A stretch of 62,000 bases of DNA, from NCBI RefSeq assembly GCF_004010195.1, contig NC_057750.1, positions 16,369,241-16,431,240 of the forward strand, written 5' to 3'. The position numbers and the translations under genes are program-made. The notes beneath the pieces are model-generated. The model saw nothing but the letters and a program-made list of their open reading frames with translations. It searched no databases and was not told where the DNA came from. Of this stretch, positions 23,303 through 35,958 are shown in pieces. Position 1 is the stretch's first letter; the number at the start of each line of letters is the position of its first letter. The stretch is from Chiloscyllium plagiosum (Eukaryota).

Positions 23303-26300
23303 CATTTATCACACGACAATTAGTGTGACATTGCAGCAGACTAGAATCTAGATTTCAAACAAAGTCAAACTTCAATTAATTAAAGTTGACTGTTAAGTGT
23401 TTCAGAACATCCTGAGATAGGAAGTGGGAGGTGATATATAAATACAAACCTTTCTTTCTAATTTGGAGATTATCCTAATCTTCAAATAAAAATTAACATC
23501 CATAACAACATGGCTACAGGGGAAGCCCAAACCATACACCTTCACGCTGACTTCCTCTGAGATTGACGGAAAATGGACAGAGCGATTCCACAACAATTTC
23601 TTTCCACATATCAGTAGAACTTCACAAAGTACTTCACAGAAGCTTCATCACACAAAGCTTGAAATGAAGCACAGAGGATGTTACAACAGGGGAGGCAGAT
23701 TTTACAGAGCATCATAATAGGGAGAGACACAGAGAGAAAACGACAGACAGAGGGAGAGAAAGAGACAGAGAAGGAGAAAGAGAGAGAGAGTGTGAGCAAG
23801 AGGGCATTCCACAGCTTTAAGGTTTGGACTGAAGACACAGCACTATTGGTGGAGAGAATAAATTTGGGGATGCGCAAAAGGCTGGAATTACAGGAACATC
23901 GATACCTCACAGGATTGGAGGAGGTTACTGAGATAGGGATAGGGAGGGATTTCAACACAAGGATAGGAATTTTTCAATTGGAAGTCACCAAGCCACAGAG
24001 GTGATGAGTAAACCAGTTCATCTGTCCACTTATGCTGGACCAAAGAGACTGTTCCTATACTATTCTAATGTTCTACGTTCTACATGCTGGCAGACCTGCT
24101 GAGATTCTCCAGAAGTTTCTGTGTTTGTTTCAGATTTCCAGCATCCACGGCATTTTGCCCTTTTTATGGGTTCGGATAATTGAATTTCAATGAACTGAAG
24201 TCACAAAATGGGAGAGTGGCTGAGCACATCTTGGTACAGGCCCCCCTCCAAGCCACTCACCATCATGACTTGGAAATATAATGCCGTTCCTTCACTGTCA
24301 TTACATCAAAATCCTGGAATTCCTTCCCTAATAGCATTGTGGGTCAACCCACAGCACATGGACTGCAGCAGTTCAAGAAGGCAGCTCACTACCACTGTCT
24401 CAAGAGCAACTAGGGACAGGCAATAAATGCTGATCCAGTCAGCGTCTCCCACATCCCCGAAATGAATAAAACAGTGCAGTCTAGAGTTTACAAGACATGG
24501 GATAGTTTTCACAACTAAAAATGAAATGAAAATGCTGCCTATTGTTTGCTCACAAGTTCCCCTCCGTTGCTCTTTCTCTCACTGTGGGACCCACAATAGT
24601 TTTCTACGTTTTGTCATAGTGAGGTAAGGCCACCACAGGAAATTGCTTCATTGAAACCAAAAGGCAGGAAACAATGAGACCAGGACCTTGGCAACCCAAG
24701 GGAGTATTTGGAGCATTGCAACACCAGAAGAAACAACATAAATCACTCCAATATGACCAATATCTCCTGCCACTTCACTCCGTGACTGACTGTGAGAAAA
24801 ACTCATTCTGTAAATGACCGGTAATTGCTGAATGACACAGAGTCTGGCCATCATGGGCCCTTTGAAACAAAATAAAAATCAGTTGAAGAGTTAAGAGACA
24901 AAGGGAATTGAAAAGAAATTATTTTATAGATATTGTCTCTCTTTCTGTATAACTTCAGGAATAGCTAGGAAGAAACGTTATTTTACATCTTGGTTTGGCC
25001 ACAGTTGGGGTGCTGTCTTTGTTCTTCCATGAGATGCAAGGCTAGTATTTGTTTCCAATCCCTTATTGCTCTTGAACTGAATGCCTTACTTGGCCATTTC
25101 AGAGGGCAGGTAAGAGCCAAACATATTTACTGTGGATCTGGAATCACATATAGACCATACAGGCAGAGCCAAGGGCTGTGTTGGTCTGTCGATAGATGCA
25201 TTTAACTGCAGTGAGAGATATACATGGTCATGCAGTTGCTGAAACGTGTCATTGGACAAAGATACCACTTGTCTTACTGTGTGAAAACACCAAGTCACAT
25301 GCTCTGGACTACCTTTATTGAATTAATTATTTCTTAATTAATTCTTTAATTACTTTGCCATTAGACATTGCTGATTTTAAAACCAGGTCTGATGGCACAC
25401 TGGGTTTTCAAAGAGAAACAATTCAGTGCTGAGACAAGACAACCAACATGTCACATCATCTCCCAGCAGAACTCGATAACAGGCTGATCACATTGCAGTA
25501 ACTCACAATCAAACTTCTAGAAAAGAAAACTTGCAGATTGGATCCAACGGCAATATGTCTTAGGTTCCCATGACTTCTGAGATGAATCAAACAGTGAGCA
25601 AAGTTGGAAACAAAAGTGTTTGAGACCAGATAAAGGGCCCTGGGAAGAGTAGGTTCTCCACTGTGCTGTGAAAAAAACCTCTCAAAACAGTAATTTCCAA
25701 AAGGAGTAGTTATGTGCATTCACAATAACAAATGGAAGGATAAAGGTGCTTTGAGTAGGTGCTTTGAGGCCAAGGAAGGTTTGGAGTAAAGAAAAATAGC
25801 ATCGCAGCCGGGACACGTTCAAATCATGTAAAGACTGCATCTTTTATTTTTGGACTGTGTTCTGAATATGAGAAAAATGGACACTTTTAAAAAGTATGAA
25901 GTATATAGAAGACAATTTTATGAAGTATGTAGAAGGAGTTGTTTACAACTTGGAAAACAAGTAAAGCTAACTGATACATATGAGACAATGTTATGTTTCG
26001 ATGCCAATGAGTCCAAATAAATTAGCCTCATTTTTGGGGAGGGTTAGGGAGAGCTCAGCATAGAAACAATCCTCTTATTAGTTTGGATACAGATTAAGAG
26101 ACACTGTGAGGGAAATATAAACTGAAGAGTTGAGAAACTTTCAACGGCTGGCTTTATCAACATCTCTGTCCTCTTTGTCTGTAAAGTTGCTCCCTCCAAT
26201 TCTCTGCCATAAGAGCAGGAAAACTACTTTCAGAGAAATTGAGAGAAATAATTCTACAAACCAAAGGAAAGTAAAGATTTCAGGTTCAACCTACCAACAA

Positions 26301-26769
26301 GTGAACTAAAAATTGATTGTTGCTAGGCAGATAACATCAAGTCATCATCAATGAATTGAAAAGATTATGAGATTAACCCACCCAATTTTGGTTTCTGAAT
26401 TGGTGATACAGATCTGTGTTTCCTAAATTATGTTTTCTGTTATTCTTGTCTGTTTCTCTTGTGTGCTTGTCTGTTTTAAAGGGAAAATGTTTAAATTGCA
26501 TAGTCATAAATTAGCAATTTATTTTTCCTTTATTTTATCATTGTTAAGGAAAATAATTTGATTGCAATGATTATTTTCTTGCTAAAGACGAAAATGTGGT
26601 GTGCATCTCTTTTCACCTGAATCAATTAGGTAAATCGAGCATTTTGGTAATTTAATTTATTGGTCGCATTTGCGCAATTCTGGGATGAATGGGGCCTCAG
26701 TATGTGCACATTCTCCCAGGAGAGTTATAGCAACACCTTGTCAATGATGTTGCTGAAGTTAGATCACGA

Positions 26770-27130
26770 AACAGTGATACTGCTGTGACTCGTGCTGGTC
26801 TAACCAACCTTTTTCAACCTTTGGATCTCTCTCTAACAAGCTCCTCAAGGACGGTATGTGAAAAAAGTGGAATGACTGGAAGATCGGAGAGAGAAGACAT
26901 TCACCAGGGAGGGCAGCATATGGGCCGTGGTGCTAGCAATCCTGTGTGAGTGAATTATAGAGCCCTGAGATAAAACAAGAATGGATTCTTATTCAAATCC
27001 TTCAATAAATATCCCAAGCACCTGATGATACAGAAGAATATTGGTGGAATGATATGGTTGATGATGAAGTGACTGCTGATGAAGATTACCATGATGATCT
27101 GTAAGCTAATGCCTACCAAGAATCAGATTG
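26770..27130 (+). mobile_element. pogo/POGK-like transposase C-terminal relic
   Basis: Manual translation NSDTAVTRAGLTNLFQPLDLSL/NKLLKDGM*KKWNDW resembles the pogo DDE motif IPGGLTSxLQPLDVSLNKPFK; followed by an acidic tail. Confidence 0.75.
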
Positions 27131-27589
27131 GGCTGAGTTATTTATGGATGCTGATACACTCTCAGTGCCTACTCTGCTGCCATGCAGCATTTTTTACTGC
27201 ATTGTGAGAAAAGCTGAATTAAACTGGATACATTTCTATAAAGTACTTTTGTTTTTGATGAATTTGATAAATTTGTGAATTTCGTGGACAAAGATTAACA
27301 TCCGTTTCCACGGAAGTTATAAATAAAAACAAAGTTTGGCTCCATTATATTAGTTTTGGTGTGGGGTTGATGGGAACAGTAATAATTCAGCAAATCTGAG
27401 AGAGCAAGGTGATGAAATAGTGGGGGATATTGACTCTTCCAAAAATGTCACTCGCCCAAAAGTCAACACTTTTTGACTGAAAATCTTGCCTTGGATTTTC
27501 AGTTAATACAGAAGTAAATATGGTACTTTATTAAATCCTCCTACAGTGTATAAGCCACCTTCACAGATCTTTGCTTACAACAGTCCCTC

Positions 27590-28372
27590 ATACCTTGAAA
27601 GTGGACTTGCAGGGAGACAGGATGGTGAAGAAGGCGTTTGGTACACTTACCTTCATTGGTCAGAACTTTGAGTATGGGAAATATCATGTTGCGGCTGTAC
27701 AGGATATTGGTGAGGTCACTTTTAGAATACTATATACAATTCTGCTCACTCTTCTGTATGAAAGATGGTGTTAAACATGAGAGGATGGGAAAAAGATTCA
27801 AGAGGATGTTGCCAGGACTGGAAGGATTGAGTTATAGGGAAAGGCTGAATAGGCTGGGGCTTTTTTCTCTAGAGTGTCACAGGCTGAGGGGTGACCTTAT
27901 AGAGGTTTATAAAATCATGACGGGCATGGATAGTGTGAATAGCCAATTTTTTTTTCCTCGGGTGGGGGAGTCCAGAACTAGAGGGCATAGATTTGAGGTG
28001 AGAGGAGAAAGATTTAAAAGAAACCTAAGGGGCAACATTTTCATGCAGAGGGTGGTGCATGTAAGGAACGAACTGCCAGAGGAAATGGTGGAGGCTGGTA
28101 CAATTACAGCATTTAAAAAGCATCTCGATCAGTATACGAATTGGAAGGGTTTATAGAACAAAGAACATAGAAGAATACAGCGCAGTACAGGCCCATCGGT
28201 CCTGGATGTTACGTCGATCCAAGCCCACCTAACCTACACTAGCCCACTATCCTCCATTAGAGGGATATGGGCTAAATTCCGGCAAATGGGACTAGATCAG
28301 ACTGAGATGTCTGATCGGCATGGATGAGTTGGACTAAAGGATCTCTTTCTGTGCTGTATGACTCTATGACTC
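27590..28372 (+). mobile_element. CR1/HER1-like 3' end
   Basis: ORF 27638-28156 LEGLSYRERLNRLGLFSLE..RGDLIEVYKIM; (ctatgact)n tail. Confidence 0.9.
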
Positions 28373-28803
28373 CATTCTGGTTAATAAATTTATAGTGTGC
28401 AACAGCCAGAATTGGATACAATTCACTTGCGATTTTAGCTAAGGTCTAACCATGTACAATATAAAACTTTTGCAAACCATCCTCGCTTTTATACTTCAAA
28501 CTAGGGATCTCTTATGCTTTCTTTACAGCTCTATGAATCCTTTGTGCACATGAATCCACAGGCATTGCATTTCCACTCTAATAATTGTGTTTATATTGTC
28601 TCTGTCATAGTTGCAAAGATACCACTTCACTTTTTTTGCTTTAAATTTTATTTGCAATGCCTCTGGACATGTGTTACTTTCCTCTAGGCCAGCATTTGTC
28701 AGCCATCCCCAATTGAGAAGGTGGTTGTGAGCCACTATCTTGAACCTCTGTAGTCCGTTGATGCAGATACACCCAGAGTGCTGTCAGGGAGTGAGTTCCA
28801 GGA

Positions 28804-28872
28804 GTCAAGAGAGTGGTGCTGGAAAAGCACAGCAGGTCAGGCAGCATCCAAGGAGCAGGAGAATGAGAAAAA

Positions 28873-28908
<36 letters not shown>

Positions 28909-29538
28909 ACATACATGGGAGTACAATAGGTAGATGGAGATGGAGGTAATGGTGATAGGTCAGAGAGGAAGTGGAGCGGATAGATGGGAAAGACAACGGA
29001 CAGGTCAAGAGTTGGAGGCTTGGGACTGGGATAATGTTGGGGGAAGGGAAATGAGGAAACTGGTGAAACCCACATTCATCTCATGTGGTTGCAGCATCCC
29101 AAGGCGGAAGATGAGGCGTCCTTCCTCCAGGTGTGAGGTGGGTAGGGTTTAGCGATGGAGGAGACCCAGGACCTGCATGCTCTTGGTGGAGTGGGAAGGG
29201 GACTAGAAGTGTTCAGCCATGGGGTGGTGGGGTTAGTTGGTGTGGGTGTCCCAGAGATGTTTTCTGAAATGATCGCAAATTGGCATCCTGCCTCCCCAAT
29301 GTAGAGGAGACCACATCAGGTGCAACGGATATAGTAGATGACATTTGTAGAAGTACAGGTGAATTTCTATTGGATGTGGAAGGATCCATTGGGGCCTTGG
29401 ACAGAGGTGATGGGGGAGGTATGGGCAAAGCGAAATGTTGATTCCGCCACTCCTTGAATGCTGCCAGATTTGTTGTGCTTTTCCAGCACCACACTCTTGA
29501 CTCTGATCTCCAGCATCTGCAGTCCTTACTTTCTCCTT
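28804..29538 (-). mobile_element. Penelope-like element 3' fragment (GIY-YIG) with inverted pLTR piece, family A
   Basis: TSD GTGAGTTCCAGGA at 28791-803 and 29539-51; homologous to 36000-36600; contains a G35 run. Confidence 0.88.
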
Positions 29539-29811
29539 GTGAGTTCCAGGATTTTGTTGCAGTAACACTGAAGGAATGGTGACATATTTCCAAGTCAGGA
29601 TGCATTATGGCTTGGAGGGTGTAGTATTCCCATGTATCCGTTGCCTCTGTTCCTGGTGGTAGAGGTCATGGGTTTGGAAGGTGCTGTTGAAGGGGTTCTG
29701 GTGATTTGCTGAGGGTCACCTTGCAGATGGTACACACTGCTACCACTTCACTGGTGTTGAAGGAAGTGAACTTTGAAGGTGGTGGATGTTGTATAATGGT
29801 GTAAGAGTCTG

Positions 29812-30960
29812 CAAAGAACAAAGAACGATACAGCACAGGGACAGGCCCTTCGGCCCTCCAAGCCTGCGCTGACCCTACCATTTTACCCTTCCATACTAAG
29901 ATCTATATCCCGCTATTCCCCTCCTATTCATGTATTCATTCAGGTGTTTCTTGAATGCTGCTATTGTGTCTGCTTCCACCACCACCTCTGGCAGTGCGTT
30001 CCAGGCACTCACCATCCTTTGTGTAAAACATTTGCCTTGCACAACTCTTTCAAACTGACCCCGCCTGCACCTTGAACCTGCGCCCCCTAGTAACTAACCC
30101 CTCCACCCTGGAAAAAGCCTCATAGTTTCAATTCGATCCATGCCATTCACAATCTTATAAACTTCTTTCGGATCGCCTCTCAATCTCCTCCATTCCAGAG
30201 AAAACAAACCCAATCTATCTAACCTTTCTTCATAGCTAAGATCCCTCAGACTGGGCAACATCCTGGTAAACCTTTCCTATACCCTCTCCAAAGCATCTAC
30301 ATACTTCTGGTAATGTGGTGACCTAAACTGTACACAATATTGCAAGTATGGCCTAACTGAAGTTCTATAAAATTGCAACATAACCTGTCTAGCCTTAAAT
30401 TCATTGCTCCTTCCAATGAAGGCAAGCATGCCACAAGCCTTTTTTAACTACCTTATCAACCTGCACTGCCACCTTCAGTGATCTGTGGACCTGCACACCC
30501 TGATCCCTCTCAATACTCCAAAGGGTTCTGCCATTCACTGTATAATTTCCACCTGTACTTGACCTTCCAAAATGCTCACATTTGTCCGGATTAAACTCCA
30601 TCTGCCATTTTTCTGCCTATGCCTCCAATTGATCTATAACCTTCTGTATCCCCTGACAATCCTCCCTATCTGCAACACCACCAGTCTTTATGTTGTCCAC
30701 AAACTTACTAATTAGATGAGCTATATTTACCTCCAAGTCATTTACAGCAGCAGTCCCAGCACTGATTCCTGTTGTACACCACTAGCCACAACCTTTAATT
30801 CTGAAAAGCATCCTTCCACCTCTACCCTCTGTCTCCTGTGACTAAGTCAGTTCCGTATCCATCTTGCCAGTTCACCTCTAATACCATGTGACTTCCCCTT
30901 TTGTACCAATCTGCCACCTCAAAGGCTTTACTGAAGTCTTATGTAGACAACATCAATTGC
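29812..30960 (-). mobile_element. CR1 3' fragment
   Basis: MEFNPDKCEHFGRS..GVQVHRSLKVAVQVDKVVKK. Confidence 0.85.
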
Positions 30961-30962
30961 TT

Positions 30963-31211
30963 TGTAAGGGTTAATACTGAGGCATGCCTTAAGCACCACG
31001 CACCATAATGATATCAAATGGGCTTGATGGAAGAACAGCTAGGGATCTCAAAGGAGTAAAACCTACCATCTGAGTCCTTCTCATAGTTTCTGTAACAGTA
31101 TCCGCCTTATGAATGTATCCAGTACTTGGTTGCTATTATACTAAAACAATATGCCCTGTTTGAGACAAGAGCTTATCTCATTGGACTACCAAGAGGTTTT
31201 GCTCTATCACA
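30963..31211. mobile_element. Possible short solo LTR
   Basis: TGTAAG...ATCACA termini; no clear TSD. Confidence 0.35.
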
Positions 31212-31899
31212 TGAGACCAAATAAGCCCTGTAGCGTTCCTATCCTAAAAGAGGATTATGGGGCAAATCCACCTTATAATGAATAATTGTAGATGAGCTCA
31301 TCAACTATGATAAACATAGGGATGAATTGCTCAACTGGATGGGGTGTCAATCGATGGGCTGCTTTGCCTGGCATGGTGCTATGAGTAGTGCTGAATCTAC
31401 ATTCATTGAGGCAAATGAGGAACACTCTATCACAATCCTAACTCATGCCTTGGACATCATGCACAGGTGGATAGTCCCACTCCATCAGGTACCAAATAGG
31501 AGTTTTGCAGAGATAATTTGGGTGCAGCCAAATAGCTAGGTCTTGATGAGGTTTCTGAAGATAGCATAAGAGTTAGCAAATTAGGATGGTGCATGTTATG
31601 GGTCAGAGGGTATGAACCCTAAAGACTGATGTGATGGAGAGAGGGGAATGCAGAAAAAGTGGAGGATGGTTTCATCTGATAAGGTCCGAAGGGATGCTTG
31701 AGACCTAATGGAGAAAGGAAACAGGTGATGGACATATCAATGAAGGGTTAGTTAAGTGAGAACTAGTTGTATAAATATGAGGAGATAGTATTCAGTGAGG
31801 TTAAGTTTAATGGTGAGTTAACTGAAATTAAGATCTCACTAAAAGTGTGGATTTGGATGCATTTAGACTTTAGTGTTGTTTGCTATCATTGTTCTTCCT

Positions 31900-32778
31900 T
31901 CAGTTTGCATGTGTCCTTGTGTTGACAGTGGAAGAGGCCCAGGATGGACATGTCATCAGAGGAGTGGGAGGGGGAGTTGAAATGCCTGGCAACTAGAAGG
32001 TGGTGTTGATTGGAGCAAATGACCATAGATGTTTCCTGAACAGGTTCCCGAGTTTGTGTTCAGTCTTTCTGATGTAGAGGAGACCACATCGGAGCAATAG
32101 ATGCAACAAATCAGGTTAGAGGAAATGCATGTAAATCTCTGCTGGACTTGGAATGATTTTTTGGGGGCCTTGGGAGGAGGTGTGAGGGCAGGGTTTGCAC
32201 CTCCTGTGGCCGCAGGGGATGTTTCCAGGTGTGGAGGAGGGGTTAGTGGGGAGTGTGGACCTAACGAGGGAATCACGGAGGGAACAGTCCCTGTGAAAGC
32301 GGATAGTGGTGGGGAGGGAAATATCATTTTGGTGGTGAGCTCAGACTGGAGGTGACGGAAGTGATGGAGGATGATGCGTTGGATTTGGAGATTAGTGGGG
32401 TAGAATGTGAAGACCAGTGAGACTCTATCCTTGTTGTGGTTGGGGGGTGTGGTGTTTGAGGGCAGAGGTGCAGGAAATGGAGGAGATGTTGCTGAGGGTG
32501 TTGTTGATTACAGAGGAGGAGAAATTGCAGTCCTTGAAGTAGGAAGACATCTGGGATGTCCTGGAGTGGAATCACTCCTACTCGGAGTAGATACAGCAGA
32601 GGGAGAGGAATTGGGAGTTTTGGGGCTGGGGGGGGTGGTGAAGGTATTTCATCTGGTTCCAACCTGAAACATCGACTCCCCTCCTCCTCTGATTCTGCTT
32701 GACCCACTGTGCTTTTTTCCAGCCCCACTCTTTATCTTCTCTGACTCTCCAGCATCCGCAGTACTCACTATCTCCAAT
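31900..32778 (-). mobile_element. Penelope-like element fragment with inverted pLTR end
   Basis: IFPSPPLSAF, QQRFTCISSNLICCIYC; a plus-strand family A end at 32660-32778. Confidence 0.85.
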
Positions 32779-32789
32779 TTATTGGACAC

Positions 32790-33390
32790 AAACAAGCTAG
32801 AAAACTGGCTAATAAAGGGTGCTAAATAACAAAAACTACAAAACTGGAGTGAATTTGGGGTGTACGCTGAGAGCTACCAGATAGGAACAACCAGCATTAT
32901 TGTTTGGATATGCACGGAACAGAAATTGCAAGATTAGGCTTCTATGGCAAAAATAAAGCTAGCTTCATGAGGTTTTAAGGGAAAAACTGGGTCTGAGATA
33001 TAAGAACAATGGCAGGAAATATAGTTTGAAATTCTTCTTGGCTATGTTAGCAACAAATGCTTGTGAGTGGAGATCAATTGAAGTTAAAGCTGTATTTCTG
33101 CAGGGAGAACAGTTTAAGAAGAAAGTGTTTCTTCGGATTTAATTTTTAAATTTTGATATTTGTCAGCATGGTTTTACTAAAAACTGAGCAGACCCTGCCA
33201 GGTTTTACTAGCACCATGATGGAGCACTTTCAGGCATCTTTATGATGCATTTAGATGATTCCTTTTGAGGGAGGGAGCAGTGAATTTGAAAATAAATAGG
33301 ATTATAGCAAAAATCGCATTGGAAGTCAAGCTTCCAGGGCTTTTAAGTACATTGGATTGGAAATCAGATAGAATGGGTTAAGTATTGCTT
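32790..33390 (+). mobile_element. Ty1/copia reverse-transcriptase relic
   Basis: Manual translation: LQNWSEFGVY; LKFFLAMLATNACEWRSIEVKAVFLQG; ADPARFY*HHDGALSGIFMMHLDD; AFKYIGLEI, in copia RT motif order. Confidence 0.8.
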
Positions 33391-33877
33391 TGCAACACAG
33401 TCAATGCTGGAGAAACTCAGCAGGTCTGGCAGCATCTGTGAAGAGAAAGACAGAGTTAATATTTCGAGCCTGGTATGATTCTTCCCCATTGCTGGGCCAA
33501 AACCCTTTTTGACTTATCAATTATTCTGTTCACTCCTGAAACAGTTGTGAGAACTCACTGGCCCAGGGCCTGTAGTGTTTTGATGAGCAGTTTACAGGAC
33601 TCAGAAATCATTAGCATCCCACCCACTAACAGCCTGAGGCAGGCAACAGGCAATGAAATACAACCTCAGAGAAAATAAATAAAGCAAAAGATGCTTGAAG
33701 GATACAAGTGGATGTCTGAGTTTACCCAAAGATTGAAAGAAAATGGCTGTGTTTAATATGCATTCTGATTGAACACATTTAAAAGTTTTAAAGATTAACA
33801 CATAGCTAACTAGTATCTCTTTTCACCAATATTAGAAAAGGATCTAGAGCTTAGTTTATAGATCAATCATGATCTCA

Positions 33878-34300
33878 TAGAGTCACAGAATCATACAGCA
33901 TGGAAACAGACCCTTTGGTCTGATTAGTTCATGCTGACCACGTTTCCCAAACTAAACTAGTCCCATTTGTCTGTATTTGGCTCATATCCCTCTAAACTTT
34001 CATATTCATGTGCCTGCCCAAATGTTGTAACTGTACCTGCATCCACCACTTCTTCTGGCAGTTCATTCCGCACACAAACCACTCTCTGTGTGAAAAAGTT
34101 GCCTTTTAGGTCCTTTTAGATCTTCTTCCTCTTGCCTTACAATTATGCTGTCTAGTTTTGAACTCCCCTACCCTAAGGAAAAGACCTTTGTTATTCACCA
34201 TATCTATGCCCTTCATGATTCTATAAGGGCATCCCTCAAGCTCCTATATTCCAGGGAAAAAAAGTTCTAGCCTACCAGCCTCTTCCTCAAACTCAAACCT
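33878..34300 (-). mobile_element. CR1/HER1-like 3' end
   Basis: catagagtcacagaatcatacagcatggaaacagaccc tail, same family as 2344 and 27590. Confidence 0.85.
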
Positions 34301-34651
34301 GAATAGTGGAACAGACTTGAGGAACCGAATTATCCTCTTATCCCTATGTGCCTAAGAAAATTACAAGACTGTTTGTTCTTCCCAAGGTAGTGGACATAGT
34401 CACTCTCTTGTTTTGTTCTATAAAACTCCTGTGAAATGCCTTGGATTGTTCCATTATCTGAAAGGCACTGGACTAATGTAAGGTGCCGTTGAGGTAGTCC
34501 AAAATGGCCTTTCTCAAGGAGATGCATTATCCGTGAAACAGTTTCTACTGGGTAATGTTGGTGAGAAGCAGAATCTGTGTAGATCGTTTTTACCACAGGG
34601 ATAGCATGGAGCCATTGACTGACATCAATTAACTGGCTTGACTGAGGCTAG

Positions 34652-34821
34652 GAGAAAGTGAGGACTGCAGATGTTGGAGATCAGAATCAAGATTAGAGTG
34701 GTGCTGGAAAAGCACAACAGGTCAGGCAGCATCAGGAATGAAGGGCTCTTGCCTGAAACGTCGATTTTCCTGCTCCTCCGATGCTGCCTGACCTGCTGTG
34801 CTTTTCCAGCAGCACCCTAAT
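34652..34821. mobile_element. PLE mini-element, family A
   Basis: TSD CTTGACTGAG(G/A)CTAG at 34637-51 and 34822-36; ATGA-A-GGGC-TCTT-GCCT-GAAAC-GTC-GA at the inversion junction. Confidence 0.88.
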
Positions 34822-35958
34822 CTTGACTGAGACTAGATCAGTCTGCACTAGCCAGGCATTGAAAAGGACACTCTCCTGGTCTCTCTGGCTTTTTACTGAT
34901 GGATCTGCACCCTACGCCCCACTTCCCCATGACTACACCCTCTACTCATCTCCAAGGGAGGGGTGAGAGGATTGCAAGGTGGTGAGCTTGGTTGAAAACC
35001 AGCTGCACTAGCAGGCAAAGTGACAGGAACACGCAGCCTGGGAAATGTGGAGTCAGATCTATTGTCGGGCATGAATGCCAGGAATTGTATGCATTGATTT
35101 CATTGAAAATGCATCCTGGTCACAGTTGCAAAACCAGGTTCTTTTTGTTTACATAGAAATACTTTAATTTCAAACATGCATCAGTGGCTGTGACTGTAGC
35201 TTGAGATGGTTGAGACCAGTAAGGTAAATCAAAAATCATCAGCTCTGAACTCCTTCCTATTACAGTATTAAGGTTCTGTTGGGAGGCTCTGCACAGTTTT
35301 AGCCCAAGGCAATTTTTTTCTGCATTTCAATGTGTTGTTGTTTTCCTGCTGGGTTATATTGGTTAGCTCATACACAAATATCTCCGTAATTCCAGCAACC
35401 AATGGAGATTGTTAGAAAGGAAAACTGATTTCCGTCAAGTTATTCCTGGAGGTCATCTGACATTGTTGTTTTTCAGCAGCTTCTGACTTTTTTAACGGAG
35501 CCCAAAACTCTTATTACAGACTACCTTCCCGGTGTCACATACATGGCTGGTTGGTGGTCATAGAATCATAGAGAGCTACAGTATAGATCACAGTCCTTTG
35601 TCCCATCATGTCCACGCTGGGTCAAAAATAACCATCTGACTATTCCAATTACAATTTCCAGAGGTGGCCCATAGCCTTATATGCTTTGGCTTTGCAAGTT
35701 CTCATCAAAATACTTGTTAAATATTGTAAGGGTTTCTGTTTCTATCAGGTTTCCCACAGGCAATGTGTTCCAGGTTTTCACCACTGAAAACTGTTGGATT
35801 GTGTTCTCCTGTGAGTTCCCCATGCCTTGATAGAAGTCCAGGCCAGGCTTAGTAACAATTAATTTAAGTTTATTTCTTATCATGTTACACAATTGTAAGG
35901 CTACCGAGCAGTATGTTTGTCTAACTTTGGACTGTTAAGCGGGCACATGATCACCAAA

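Noticed and set aside
28674..29075. Poly-Pro/poly-Gly ORFs
   Set aside because: Caused by the G35 run in a PLE fragment.
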